Source: the human T2T-CHM13v2.0 reference genome, Homo sapiens
Strand: one strand, 5' to 3'
DNA length: 64,000 nucleotides
NCBI RefSeq assembly: GCF_009914755.1
Contig: NC_060940.1
A program made the translations under genes and the position numbers. Position 1 is the stretch's first letter; each line of letters begins with the position of its first letter. Positions 40,761 to 56,049 of this stretch are shown piece by piece. The notes under the pieces were generated by a model that did not search any database, was not told the DNA's origin, and saw nothing but the letters and a program-made list of their open reading frames with translations.

Positions 40761-41567
40761 TCCCATTTGGCCCCATTCTTCACTGTCTTGTCCGTGCATC
40801 CCCCACAACCTTCCTCTGTTATAATCACTCCTAAGTGTTCTTCCCAATACGCTCACATAGCCAGAAACCAATTTGCTGGAAAAGAATATGGCAGAGCAGC
40901 CCCAAGCCTCTCTCCTTCTCTCTGGTACACTCTTTCCCCTTCTTTCTATGAAGTCTAGTTTGGCTTTAATTAAGTCCAATGAGGTCTCTGGTACTATTTT
41001 CTGACACATTGGTAAATAGGCTTAGAGCGGACTTTTCCCCAGGAGCTAGAACTACTGGGCATCAAACTGGCCTTAGGTAAATTATTGGAAGGAATGCTAT
41101 CATTGTAGGATGCACCTTATCCTAGTGAATGGATCACATGATGAAAGCAACTACACTATCCTTGACATGTCTCAAAAGGGAAAGGACTTATTTATATCCT
41201 CTGGACTTACAACTTTTCAGAAACTGCACTTTTTCCAAATTATCCAGAGCTCCCGGGCTGTAGGTTTAACTGCAATTTTTGTCTTTCTTAAAATAGGTTC
41301 AGTGGTTAGTGAGACACTCGTGGGGTGCGCAGAGTGAGTTGAGATTAAAGTAGACTGAGTGAGGGAATTTGTCATCCGTTGCCATTAGCTCTGGCTTGGA
41401 CTATTGCAATAGTATGTTAACTGGTCTCCTAGCTTCTATCCTTGCCTTCCAAAATGTCTTCCATGAAGAGAGTGAGGCCTTCCAAGCATAGATCACAACC
41501 TGTTCCTCCTTGGCTCAACCTTCTTATGCTTCCTAAATCCCCTCCCAAAGCTTACAAGGCTTTATAT

Positions 41568-42153
41568 CAAGCTTGTCCAACCCATGGCCTGTAGGCTCCA
41601 TGTGGCCCAGCATGGTTTTGAATGTGGCCCAACAAAAATTTGTAAACTTTCTTAAAGGATTATACAATTTATGAATGATTTTTTTTTATAGCTCATCAGC
41701 TATCCTTAGTATTAGTGTATTTTATGCATGGCCCAAGACAATTCTTCTTCCAATGTGGCCCACGTGATACGGTTTGGCTGTGTCCCCACCCAAATCTCAT
41801 CTTGAATTATAATCCCCATGTGTCAGGGGAGGGACCTGGTGGGACATCATTGGATCATGGGGACGAATTTCCCCCTTGCTGTTCTTGTGAGTGAATTTTC
41901 AAGAGATCTGGTTGTTTGATAAGTGTCTGACCCTTCCCCTTTTTCTCTCTCTCTCCTCCTGCCATGTAAGATGTGCCTTGCTTACCCTTCATCTTCTGCC
42001 ATGATTGTAAGTTTCCTGAGGCCTCCCAAGCTATGCAGAATTGTGAGTCAAATAAACCTCTTTCCTTTATACATTACCCAGTCTCAGGTAGTAGCTTTGT
42101 AGCAGTGTGAATGGACCAATAGGCCAGGGAAGCCAAAAGATTGGACACCCCTG
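41568..42153. mobile_element. MER30 (hAT-Charlie) split by THE1
   Basis: caagcttgtccaaccc...gctcatcagctatc...|ccagggaagccaaaagattggacacccctg. Confidence 0.88.
41765..42121 (+). mobile_element. THE1-type solo LTR
   Basis: tgatacggtttggctgtgtccccacccaaatctcatcttgaatt...attacccagtctcaggta. Confidence 0.9.
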
Positions 42154-42202
42154 CTTTATGGGATCTGGCTTCCAGTTTCCTCTCTGATCTTGTCTCATAT
42201 GA

Positions 42203-42617
<415 letters not shown>

Positions 42618-44479
42618 ACCTTCGATGTTCTTACTCTCTTGTCTGCATGACTTCTTCCTTCACTCCATTCAGGTCTCTAATGAAATGCCACCTTACCAAA
42701 GAGACATTTCCTGGCCACCCTGTCTACTAAAGTATCCCCATCACTCTGCTTAATTTTCCTCTGTATCACTTCTTGTTATCTGATCTATTATTTATTTATT
42801 TTCTGTCCCCTCCATGAGGTGATGCACCTGCCACATAATAGATGCTCATTAAATATTTGGTTAATCCCCATGACAAGATTCATTGAGAGGGCTTTAATGA
42901 CTACAGACTCTTGAAGACACATTTTCACATTTTCAAAATAACTCTTCAGGACAAATTTTCATAATTTCAAAATTCATAAGATGTTCATAAAAACATTTCA
43001 TACTGACCTCAAATCTCCAAATGCCAACAGTGAAGATGGAAAAAGCCCATAATGTATGCTCTCTAATGCTAATGCTAATGATAATAATAATAATAATAAA
43101 TCAGCAGTGTTTAAAGCTAAGAAAGGCGTGGCTGTTGTTACACTGGACTTCTAATTCAACATTATCCTTGATCAGGATAAAGAATCTTCCACCAGACAGA
43201 ATTACTTTGAGGTTATTTGAGACCAAGTTTTTACCCCAAGGGGTTGCCATTCACAGGTGGATTTATTGTAACCTTGTGGATTACTTCCCAACCCTCACAG
43301 GCCAACCCCCACAAGGCTCCTTCATGTGTAAATGTCAGGTGGTAAATAAAACACACTGTTCTTCTCTCATGCCTCGCCATAAATCGGTCCCAGCCTTACT
43401 TGTGGGGCTGGAGTCAAGCCTGATTTATGCAGTTTGTGAGATTTATACTGTAGTCACTTAACAAAAACAAAAAACCCTCTCAAACATTAGTTCTTACACA
43501 TAAATTCCAGAGCTTGCAAATGTTTGGAAACTTTTGTTTTCTTTAAATGATGCTGAACATGCCTGCCTTATCTTGGGAATCATTTAAGGTGGGAACCTTC
43601 ACTCCAGAAATTTCAGTAGAGAAGAATGGAGGATGTTGAGTGTGACCAGCATCATGCTTTGTGCATAGTAGGTGCCAGATAATGGTCTATTGAGTTGCTG
43701 TTCAAACTGGGGTCTAAGCTAAGCGTGGCAAAGGGTAACTTCAGCTTGGTCCCCAGTGCCTCAGACCCGCCTTAGTGGAAGATATGCAGATTTTATGTGG
43801 ACATAGTTGACATCATCAATGGACATTGAATCTTCTTTGGTTGCCCTGGTAAAGTTGGTGGGCAGAAGTGGGAGCTTCTAGAAAGTTCCCTGCATTAGAT
43901 ATAAGGAAATGTAGATTTGAATGATTTTGCTATGTTTAAGTCTCAGTTTCCATATCTCTAAAATAAGAGAATAGACTACAATTGCAGAGTTATTTCACAT
44001 TCTATTTTATGATTCTATGCTTTAGAGGGGGAGGAACACTCCTCAATTTTTCTTTGTATTGTCACAGGCTTTGACACAAGGAGCAATGCTAATATGTTTT
44101 TTGAATAGAATTTGATTTTTCACTCTGTAAGTTTGAGGTGGGGGTGAAGCTGGAGAAAGAGTTTTTTTTAAAGTTTGAAAATTCCTCATTGGCTCAGGAA
44201 AACAAAAATAGTTCTTTATTTGCTTTAGTTTGTGTATGCCATTTGAGAAATGCCTGAGAACTTCAGCTTCAAGAATCTTTAAACTGAAACATAGATCTGC
44301 ACAAACCTTCCTTTGCTTAGAATTTAGTAGTATTTTTGGGATAGTTGGCTATCAAAAATTTTTTATTTACTTCTTTGAGGCCAATAATTGTCATTTTGAA
44401 AGCAGTTGGGTGTTCGAGTGTTTTCAACCACTCAGAAAATTATAAACCTCACCATATGCACATTTATATGGAATATATA

Positions 44480-44920
44480 TATTTTTTCCTGTTTAGGTGA
44501 CAGTTTTAGGATTCTTCTAAGCAGTGATAAAAAACTCGCAGTTATAACGTGTGATCATTTTGCCTTTCATTATAATGCAGAATTTCTCCATGCAAAATCA
44601 GGCCAAGATATAAGCATAAACCCAGGGGCAAAATCCATTCATTATGCATGTACATTATTTCCCCCAAATATTGATAATACTTTTCATAATAATTATTTTA
44701 CATATATTAGCTTTTGCTGCCATATTAGTATTAAAGATACCTTTATTAAATAATCTTGAATATTTTGCTGAATAATAAATAGAATCTCAGAGGCTTGAGT
44801 TAAAAGCCGCTTTTAGCTAGAATGCAGTAAATCAGTTGTTTTATGAATAAAATTGGCTTTCATATTTTTTTTCCTGGGGATTGCTTATTTAAATAATTTT
44901 CCTGTTTATTGAATGTGTGT
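44480..44920. promoter_or_regulatory. candidate AT-rich conserved element
   Basis: complex, non-repetitive AT-rich sequence dense in TAAT/ATTA and TTTAT motifs. Confidence 0.42.
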
Positions 44921-45284
44921 GTGTAGTTTTGTTTTTTAACTAGTGACAAGTCCTCCTGTTTCCAACCCTCCTTCGTGGCTCTCTCTGTTGGAGAAAAATG
45001 CAAAATCACATAAGCCTTCTTCTAAACCTCCATCTGAAAGGGCAAGTGCCCTGCGTTATTTAGCAGGCCATGGGCATGTTTGTCCCATCGATGATACTGG
45101 CTGAAGCTCTTTTGCAGTAGACGGACTCCACAGCAAAGGAATGCACTCACAGGGAACCGTCACTGATGAAACGTGAGACGCACTCTCTTGGATCGAAGCA
45201 TTTCAACTTGGGCAGTAGGAGCAGGTTCTTTTCTCTCGGATCTACCAAGCAGAATTGACTCTGTTTTTTCTCTTTTCTCCAATT

Positions 45285-45642
<358 letters not shown>

Positions 45643-45699
45643 TCATTCCCTTTCCCCACAACCTTTGGCTATGCAGTACTGGAGAGGGCTGCAGAAAGA

Positions 45700-46005
45700 A
45701 AAGAATAACATTTACTGAGTATCTACTATGTGCCAGCCACATTTGTGTTTTCTCGTCTTCAGGGTAGGTGGTATACTTATTTAAATAGATAACAACAGCA
45801 ATAATAATATATGACATTTATCGAGAGTTCTGTGCTGGGCTTTGGAAGTATCAGCTCACTTAGTGCTCACCCTGCCGGCTGAACACTGTCATTTTTTCCT
45901 TTTCCACAGGATGAAACTAACGCTTGGAGAGCTCAGGGTCACACAAAGTCAAGATTTAAACTCGAGCTGCCCTAACTCCAAAGCCTGTATAGTGCTGCCT
46001 CTGTG
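45700..46005 (-). mobile_element. MIR fragments
   Basis: aacatttactgagtatctactatgtgccag; ggatgaaactaacgct...gggtcacaca. Confidence 0.65.
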
Positions 46006-46737
46006 ATGAAAGCTCAGGGAGGGGTGCTTGTGTGATTCTGAGGAAGGTGCTAGGCCATCATGTCTGGCCTTGCGGGTCCTTGAGTTCCCCAACTGGAAAG
46101 CCCTGTGCTGCCATTGGTGGGTGTGGATGTCCACAGAACAGAGATGTGGCTGTTGAAAGACAAACTTGGATGTGATGCACACCACCATATATCAGCCTCT
46201 TCCTTTTGCATGCAGTTCAATCTCTACATCTTTTGATTGTACCAATGAGCAAAGAAAGCTAATATCTTCTTAGATTTTCATAATTTCATCTGTGTAGAGG
46301 CCAAGAGCTAGTATACTAGCGCCTGCTCTGATGGATTGATAGGGTCTGCCTGGAGTTAGACTGAGTCTGAGGCAAGATCTCCATAGACTGGTGATGTCTG
46401 CCATGGGAACAGGCCGGAGACTTGACAGTGAGCTTATTGAGCATGGGCTAAACCTGGGCTAGATTGTGTAGCTATCAGACAACCTGGCTTTCAGAAAATT
46501 CCACATTGGGGACTTGGAATTATTGGCCTCATATTCCAAAGAGAAAAAAAGGATTCAGTAAAGGTGTGATTTTTTCCAAAGTCATACAGGACAAAAAAGG
46601 GAAGGGTGGAATACAGACTCCACAAGTGGCTTTTGTCTTTGAGCTGCTTTTCTGGGAAGCATCTCCTCATTGCTCTGAGAGGGAGAAACAAGACCAGCTC
46701 CATTTTCTTCATGGCACTTATGCCTGGCCTAAATGAC

Positions 46738-46900
46738 CTTAGTTATTGTTTGTTTGTTCTGTCTGTTCTCTCTGCTAGGATGTAAACCTTAGGAGAGCAG
46801 GAACTTGGTCTGACCTGTTTACTGCATGATCCTGATGCCTAGAACTGCATCTGACATCCTGTACATGTTCTTTGAATGGATAAATGAAAGAACCAATGAA
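46738..46900 (+). mobile_element. L2 3' end
   Basis: ctaggatgtaaaccttaggagagcaggaacttggtc...ttgaatggataaatgaa. Confidence 0.75.
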
Positions 46901-47369
46901 TAGTTCTAATGATTTGCCCCAGGATCTACTCTCTCCTTTGAGAAATTCGAGCCACTCTCATCTTAGGTTCATCCTTCCCCAAATCCATCTTTTGCATTTG
47001 ACCACTATATGGGGTTCTGGATTTTATTTCTCAATTCATCTAGTATCTTCCAATTTTGCCATTTAATCATGACCCACATGTCTTCCTTGGGAGCAGTCTA
47101 GGGCATGGAAACGTATTTCAGAAGTAATTTGTATTCTTAAATATGGCCTCTTCAGCTCCCGCAGCTAGGGGCAGCCTGGCTGAGTTGGTTTTTAGATATG
47201 CATATTATTATGTAAATGTAGTTGAATTGAATATAATTTCCTTAAAAATATTTTCCACTGGAAAATAGATCTCCTTGCAGAGGGAACCTAGCCAGGCAGT
47301 ACCTGAAGAAAGCTTCATTGTTTGCACTAAGCATGCATGAGACATTTCAACAAGCTATTTTTAGAATTA

Positions 47370-47625
47370 ATAATGATAATAACAATAGCTAGAATTTATT
47401 AAATACTTGCTGAGTGCCAAGCACTGAACTAATCACATTAAAAATGTTTTTTCATTTAAGTTTTTCAACAACCCTAGAGTGCTTACAATCATCACTCTCA
47501 GGTTACAGATGACTAAACTGAGGCACAGAGGCTTGAAACCTGTCCTAAGGTTATCCAGTTTGGAGCAAGAGCTGGCACATAATACAGGTCAGGATAACCC
47601 CAGGTTCCCTGGTTAACCTCTCTGC
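47370..47625 (-). mobile_element. MIR
   Basis: ttacagatgactaaactgaggcacagag. Confidence 0.82.
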
Positions 47626-48049
47626 ATTCCTGGCTCCAGGCACTAGCACCCCAACTTTGAGTCATCATCAAAGGCATCTCAGAGGAAATGTTTGAGCAAA
47701 TCTGGAGGATTTAAAAGACAATTGACAATATCTATCTGTTCCTCATACCTTTTTTTCCCATTATTCCAGCTGGTTCCAGTGCCTCTCTCAGGGATAACTT
47801 GGAGAAGCCAGATTATTCCCAGTTAATAAACTATGTGAAATAAATCAGGAAATATCCCAATTCCAATACAACACACACACAGAATCAGACCCACTTGGTT
47901 TTCTAAATGGAAATTAGATTTGCATTAAAAGACTAAGTGTGTTGTTCTCTCTACAGAGCCTCTGGAGGAGACATTCCAGGGGGGATTCTACTCCTTTCTT
48001 TAAAAGGACATTTGAAATCCCATGCACACATGAGCCCCATAGACTTTTT

Positions 48050-48420
48050 CTCCACATGACTAATCCAGTCTCCTGCGACCTCTCTTTAGTGTGACGGGGA
48101 CACAGAAACGAAGCCTGCAGCTTCCGCCGACCCCAAACATTTGGTTACATTAATCACAGAGCGTTTTTGGACTTTGAGCATCCAGAATGAAAGACTTTCT
48201 GGGGAGACATTGATCAAACAGTCTACAGGTATCTGTACATCGAGGGACATTAATCATTTCTGCATTATCTCACTCACCAGTAGAATATGTAAATGTGATT
48301 CCTGTCAATGATAAGGGGAAGTGAAATTATTCTTAGAGATTGGTCCATCTGGAGCTGTTGATACAATCTTACCTAAGACAATAGGTTGTAAAGATAAATT
48401 TTTCAGCATTACTAATCCAG
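48050..48420. promoter_or_regulatory. candidate PBX-HOX/MEIS enhancer
   Basis: ACATT(A/G)ATCA at 48147, 48207 and 48247; CTGTCA at 48302. Confidence 0.5.
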
Positions 48421-48879
48421 CCTTGCCAATACCCATGGAGAATGGAGAAATTTAAAACCAAACTAAGAATGTACAGTCAGTGGAAGAAAGGAAAACAAGT
48501 CCCAGTTTTGCTGGTTTTTTATTTTTTTTGATTTTTTAGTTCCTGTAATATTATATTAATTGGCAGCCTAGCAAGAAAGATGCTTTCAGATGCTTTCTGT
48601 TTAATTAAGGATGGCATTTTTGGAAGGGTCTTATTAGGCCTTTGGAGAGTGTATTCTGAAAGGGTTCACATCCGGCCAAAGGTTTAACTCTTAACACAAA
48701 TAGGACAAAGACCTTAAAATCCAGGAAGGAATATCCATTATTTCTGCAGATTCTAAGTTCAGGAGTTTCATCTTCATAAGAGGAATCTCCTTAGACTCTT
48801 CTGACCCATCAACTATGCTTTATAAGATTAATAAAAAAAAATGTTCAGCATAGACAGGAACAGGAGGAAACGGGTAGAC

Positions 48880-49020
48880 CTGTCTGCTGAAGGAGACCCA
48901 GGGTTCTAATCCCAGCCATGCAACTCAATAACTTTGCAACTTTGGGCAAATTCTCCCCTATCTCTGGCTCATTTTTTGCATATATGAAATGGAATGGGTT
49001 GGACAAGATGTTCTTTTCTG
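48880..49020 (+). mobile_element. MIR
   Basis: gggttctaatcccagc...ttgggcaaatt...atgaaatggaatgggttggac. Confidence 0.68.
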
Positions 49021-49932
49021 TATGATAGAATGATCAGCTTTCCTACCTGCTCCATCTTCTCTGTCAAGGTTGACTAAGTTAACAAGTTCAGTAGAAGGCC
49101 TTGGGATGCTGACCTTCAGAGAGGTCTCTTGGTTTGTCAATGTGTGGCCATGATGCCCAGAAACTTAGGGCTGTTTGGTGCTGGTGATGGTGTGGGATGT
49201 CCTGTCATGAAAGAGGCCTCTGGAGAGGGGACATATATGCTTGAATATCTACTGTTTTAATAGAATTTATAATACTCAGAAATCGTTGAAAACAGAAGGG
49301 CATCATGGAGAGGTGTTAGAGTGTGAATACTGAGCACGTTTTGCTAAAAGTTCCAAAATTCAGTGTTACCCTGGAAGATTACTGAAAATCAATGGTAAGA
49401 GTGAGATTCCTTCCCCACATTCCAGCTGCCCTCCCCTCTTTTTATGTTGATAAATAAAAGAAGAGAAAACTCTAAATTATTATTTTTCAGCTCAGGTGGG
49501 AAGGGGAAAAGAAGGGGTTTTAGTGGGCATGAGAGTAATCTTTCTTGGCAATTAATGATGGACCAGCATGAGGAGAGTGATTAAGGGATCGAGAAACTCG
49601 CCCTTTGGAGAGGACTAAGTGACGACTTGCTTAGAAAGAAGGAACAAGGTGATTTTCTTCTATGATGTCAGCTTCCAAAAGGTCAGGAATGTTTTCTTCC
49701 CCCAGATCCTTAGCTTGCTTCAAATAATCCATTCTGAATCCGACATCCACAAATTAGCTTAAATGTTCCTTGAACTTTATGGGATAATGAGTTCCTTAAC
49801 TTTGTTGTGCCCTTGTGAAGATTAAACGGTGTCCCTCAAGCTCTATGGCTGTCTACTTTATTTCAGGATATGGTAATCATCTTGCCCATTGAGTTATGTC
49901 CCCTTCATCTTCCCTCTTTCCAGAATGTGTGA

Positions 49933-50231
<299 letters not shown>

Positions 50232-51202
50232 TAAAATTATTATATTATTTGCTAACAACCTTAATTCCTTTTTTTTTTTTTTAGTTTGTTATGTTTGCCA
50301 TGCTGTTAGTAGAAGGATTATTGGATGGGAACACTAAAATTTACAATGATAAGATGATGCTCCTTGGCCATACATTAGACCAGATTCTCCAAACTTGTTC
50401 TGAAGAACTAGTTGGTTGAATCTCGAATAGGCATTACTTGAAGAAAGAATTTGGTTTGGCAAATTCTGGGTTAAAGAGCTCAGTGGTTCTAAATGGGATG
50501 CAAGTATTTTTAATGCTTTTAACATGTCAGTGAACTCTGGGACTCTCAAAGAAGGGGATGACAGTACTTAGCCATCTCCTACATTTATTTATTTGACCAC
50601 AGAATCCTCTTTGCTCAGCTCACCTCCGGCAATGAGTGTCCAGAGAGCACATTTTGGGGAAAGGCTAAGTTGAAGGCCACATGCCTGGGATGTGTTTGGG
50701 AGAGTTTACTTGACACGATATTCAAGAAAGAGAGAATAGATTACATTAATGCAGGATATTACTTATGAGTTTAAAAATTCCTGATAACTGGTGAAATTTT
50801 CTTATTAAAAAGATCCTTTGTAGAAAAGAGATATTTTCCTAGTCTGCTGGTAGGATTAAATATTGGTACAGCCTTTTTGAAATTGTTTTCACAATGCTGT
50901 GAAAAAACATAAAAAAAAAAGTTAATGCTGAGTTTTACATCTGTGTAATAAAATATTTCACAGCTGTTAAAAATAACGTTATTTAAGAATACTCAATAGC
51001 ATAAATACTGTTTCAATATTAAGTGGGGAAGACAGGCTAAAATTGTATATAGATAACGATTCTCTTTTGGAAATAAAACATATATGCATGGAGAAAAGAT
51101 GGGAAAGAAACACACCCACATATTAACATTAGTTATCTTTGGGTGGTAAGATTCCAGGTAATTTTGTTTTCTTCATTTTATTAGTCTATATTCTCCATAT
51201 TA

Positions 51203-51403
51203 AGGGTCAGCAAAGTATGGCTTGTGAGCCAAATTTGGACTTCCATTTGTTTTTATAAATAAACTTTTATTCAAACACAGCCAAGCCTATTCATTTATGG
51301 TTACTTTTACACTACACCAGCAGAATTGAGTAGGTGCAACAGAGATCATATGGCCCACAAAACCTGAAATATTTGCTACAGGAAAAGGTTGCTGGCTCCT
51401 CGT
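51203..51403. mobile_element. MER58A (hAT-Charlie) within L1ME fragments
   Basis: agggtcagcaaagtatggc...ttttataaataaacttttatt...tatggcccacaaaacctgaaatattt. Confidence 0.85.
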
Positions 51404-51790
51404 CTAGGTTATGTACAAGGAGCACCTTTTACTTGTGTAATGAAAAAGACTAAAATAGAAAACAATGAACTATTGGGTTTAAATATCAAAACTGCCCCTT
51501 TTTAAAGAAGAAAAGGCAAAGAAATAACACTCAAACATTTAGTAATATTTACTTCCAATATTCATGTCTCTATGAAAAGTTTCAAGGGGAGAATGTAACA
51601 GAAATCTAACAACCTACTAGATGCCATCTGAGATGGAAATTGAAACACAGAATGTGTAGATTAAAGTGTTGACGTTTTCAAGCAGGAATGTCTTTTAACC
51701 AAGACATCAGTAAGATGTATCCCCTCTGCCTATCCATTTTTTTCTTCTCCCTGTTCCCAATGACTTCCCAGAAGATCACAATAACACATC

Positions 51791-52123
51791 TGCCACAGAC
51801 TAAATGTTTGTGTTTCTCCAAATGTTTTATGTTGAAATCCTAACCCCCAATGTGACGGTATTTGGAAGAGGGGGTTTTGTTGGGGGGCGGTGAATGGGAT
51901 TCATGCCCTTCTAAAAGAGGCCCCAGAGAACTCTCCCTCCTTCTGCCATATGAAGACACAACATAAAGACAGCCATTTGGTGAGCAGGCCCTCACCAGAC
52001 ACTGAATCTACTGGTGTCTTGAACTTGGACTTCTCAGCCTCCAGAATTGTGAGAAATAAATATTTGTTGTTTAAGCCACTTGGTCTATGATATTTTTTAT
52101 AGCTGCCCGGACTGACTAAGACA
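51791..52123 (+). mobile_element. MLT1A/MST-type LTR
   Basis: atgttgaaatcctaacccccaatgtga...gacttctcagcctccagaattgtgagaaataaa...gactaagaca. Confidence 0.88.
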
Positions 52124-52369
52124 TTACATTCAGAATATTCAGTTGTTGAACCTCTCTCATTGCTTAAATTCCCGTTGCTTACTCTCTGACTATCCCTCTG
52201 TTTTTTCCCCACTCTTACCCTTCAAGGGATCAGAAGATATTTTTTGGGAGAATAGGAATGTCCCCCAAGGAATGATGACTAGATATTGACTTATGGGGGC
52301 TCCCCAAAACAAAATATGGCCTCTGACCAATGATCAAAATACAAAGAACTTCCCATTTGCTTCTCAGCA

Positions 52370-53960
52370 CCTCTCTCTTAAATATAAACAGCCAAGAATC
52401 TTCAGACATTCGAGAAATTTTCACCATGAAAAAAAGAGACACTCTGCTCCACAAAAATAATGAAGGCAGGAAATAAAGACAACACAGGATCCAGGTGATA
52501 TAAAAAAACCTATAATATCTTTAGAGTTATATTATAATGTATTATAGTTATGAAAAAAGACTATAAAAGTCAACAAATATATAACAAGAAAGAGTTTTGG
52601 GGAACTGAAAATTTAACAAAAGTAAAAATAAATTAATAGAGAAGTTGGAAGATAAAGTTGAGAAATATTTCAAAAGATCAAGTTTTAAAAAAGAACAAAA
52701 TTATGACTGTTAGGAGGAAAAGAGCTTTTAAATATAGAGGTCAAATCCATGTGTTCTTTATCCCACTATCAGGAAGCTTAGAAAGAATGCAAACAGAAAA
52801 TACAGACAAAGAAGTTATCTAAGAAAAACTATAAGAAAATTGCCCAGAAGTCTTCAAGTTAAATGATCCACTGGTTTTTCAGTGCAATGAATGAAAAAAA
52901 AATTGACACTAGGCTCATAGTGGTGAAATTTAAGAATGTCAAAGATAAAGAGAATATCTTTAAAGATTTCAGAGGGAAAAAAATGTCCATACTTGAAGCC
53001 TTGGAGTAAGAATTGCATGAGACGTCTCAATTGCTACAGTGGAAGTGAGAAGACAATGGAGAACCCTGAGAAAACACTGAGACAAGATTTTTCTAATCCT
53101 AGAATACTATAACCAGCAAATTTTTTATTCAAGTTTTTTTTTAAAGAAGTAGAAAGTTGAAAGATACAATGAACTCCCAGGGAGCCACTTGAAGATTTAT
53201 TTTAGCAAAATGAGGGTTGTATTAGTCACTTTGGGATTCCATAACAAAAATTGTAGACTAGATGTCTCAAACAACATAAATTTACTTTCTTACAATTCTG
53301 GAGGATAGAAGTTCTGGATCAAGGGTTGCCAGGGCTGGTTTCTGGTAAGGGCTCTCTTTCTGGCTTACAGATAGCCACTTTCCTGGTGTATCCTCACATA
53401 GTGAAGGGACCATGACTTGGTGTTTCTTCCTTTTCTTTTAGGGGCACCAGCCCTATCAGATTAGGGCTCACACCCTTATGACCTAATGTAATCTTTGTCA
53501 CCTTACAGGCCCTATCTTCAAGTACAGTTACGTTGAGGATTATGGCTTCGACATATGAATTTTGGGGAGACACAAACATTCATTCTATAACAATGTAAAC
53601 AAAAACAGAGAAAGATAAGGAATCTAGGAAACCAGAGAGAGAGGCAAAGGGAAGCCCAGGAACACATCTTTGTAGCAGGGCTGCAGAGCATGCAGCCTGG
53701 CCTAGACCGCAAGGATGGAGTCTTCAGGAGGGCAATATTCAGGAAAAGTACATGTTTGAGAATGAAAACCTGTATTGAGAGGCTGCTGGGGTTGGGGAGA
53801 GGTACAGTGGAGGAAAGAAGGAATATTTAGGATTGCATTTAGAAGACTGAGTTAATAAAAATGTCATAAACTGAGCCATAGCACGTGCCTTAGTTCCTCA
53901 TTGGAAAATATTTGCATAATTCAAAATAATGTGAATATTGACTTAACAAAAGTTTATACC
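52370..53960 (+). mobile_element. HAL1 / L1 ORF1-like relic, interrupted by MLT1
   Basis: degenerate ORF1p-like segment (catagtggtgaaatttaagaatgtcaaagataaagagaatatc...gagaagacaatgga...cctagaatactata) then gagaggcaaagggaagcccagg. Confidence 0.65.
53218..53592 (-). mobile_element. MLT1A-like LTR
   Basis: tgtattagtc...gggctggtttctggtaagggctctc...atatgaattttggggagacacaaacattca. Confidence 0.88.
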
Positions 53961-53964
53961 ATAT

Positions 53965-54583
<619 letters not shown>

Positions 54584-54989
54584 CCATATATGTATTTTTT
54601 TTTTCTAGTTCTGTCTCTTGCTGGTTTCCCCCATAACTCTAACTCTAACGAATAATTTTTGGGAACTTATAAAGGAAAAGCCTCCTCCTCATCCTTCCCT
54701 CTTTCTCCCTCTAAATGGAACCCTTGGAAAACTGCAGGTATATACCCTTTTCAGTGGGACAAAATTATATCTCAGCTGGGCTACAGTGCCCTCTCTCTTC
54801 AACTCAACTGGCGCTTCAGTGGAAAATGCAGCCTCTGCCTTGTGCTCTTGTATTCATCATCAGCCTAGAGCCTTGGGATAAGGAAGCCTTGGTTTTTCTC
54901 TGCAAGGCCCCAGCCTGCCGTCCTCCAGCAGATGAGAAGTTAAACTCTTCTGACTTCTATGGAAGCCCCCATATGGGATTGATAGGCTT

Positions 54990-55470
54990 TGGAATCTAAT
55001 GACTGAGGTGTAGTTTTGCCCCAGTGCTTCCCAGTTCAGTAACATTTCTGAGCCTCCATTGTTCCTTCTTTAAAATGGATAAAATAATAGGACTTGCCTC
55101 ATAGGGTTGTTCTTAGGATTCAAGAGATAACAGCTCTAAACCACTAAATACACCTTCTGGGAGGTAGTGCTTGCTACGTGCTTATTATGATTATTAGGAC
55201 TATTATTGTGGAAGAACATGCTGGAAATAGCGACTGCCTAGTCAGGCTCTTCAGTGTGGGTGGTCTAGGAAGGAAAGGAAACGTAGGACAGAAAAGATAT
55301 GAATCGTTAGCATTTAGTGAGCCAGACCATTTGCATTCCACTTATTTTCTCATGGTATTGGTGTCCCCATTCTACAGATGAGGAAACTGAGCCCCAGGAA
55401 GGTAAAATCACTCATGCAGCCAGAAGGTGGTAGAGGCAGATGTGGAAGGTAGGTTTTCTGTTCTGGGCTC
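54990..55470. mobile_element. tail-to-tail MIR pair
   Basis: cctcatagggttgttcttaggatt (+); ccccattctacagatgaggaaactgag (-). Confidence 0.78.
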
Positions 55471-56049
55471 CGAGAGGTGAGAATTCCGAGGGCTTCCGTC
55501 CCTGTCCTTTCTCATCACGAAACCCTGCTCCCCGAGTGCCCAGTTCTCCTGCATTTAGCCCTTGGGAGCCACATTGGGGAACTTTCAGGCCAAGTCCAGG
55601 GCAGGAAGTGAGATCATCAGCCATCTTTTAAGGGGGTAATTAGCTGACTATGAAAACAGCTTCTTTAACCACAGCAATTTGCCCCACCAGGGAAGAAGGG
55701 AAGTCGATGTTTTTATTATAAACGGAATCATAGTGGGGTTTAAGGCTTAGTAGTGTTTGGTTTAGTTTTGTTTTTTAAAGGCCCGAGGTGGAACTTGGAA
55801 TCTCCTGCCCCATCCCAGAAGAAAGGAAGTTTATTTTCTGGGTCAGATTAAAAGACTTTGGCTCCCTTGATTTTTATTTTCGTGGAAGAGGAGTAACTTG
55901 TTGTGTTTGCTGAATCTCCCAGATTCCTTTTCTCCTTCTTGCGCTGACCTTCTCCTGATTTTCTAGCCAAATGATGTGGGTCTTGGGCTAAGTGCAACAG
56001 GTAGGAGAGAGGAAGAGACTTGTAAGGTAGCTCTAAGGTCTTTGGATCC

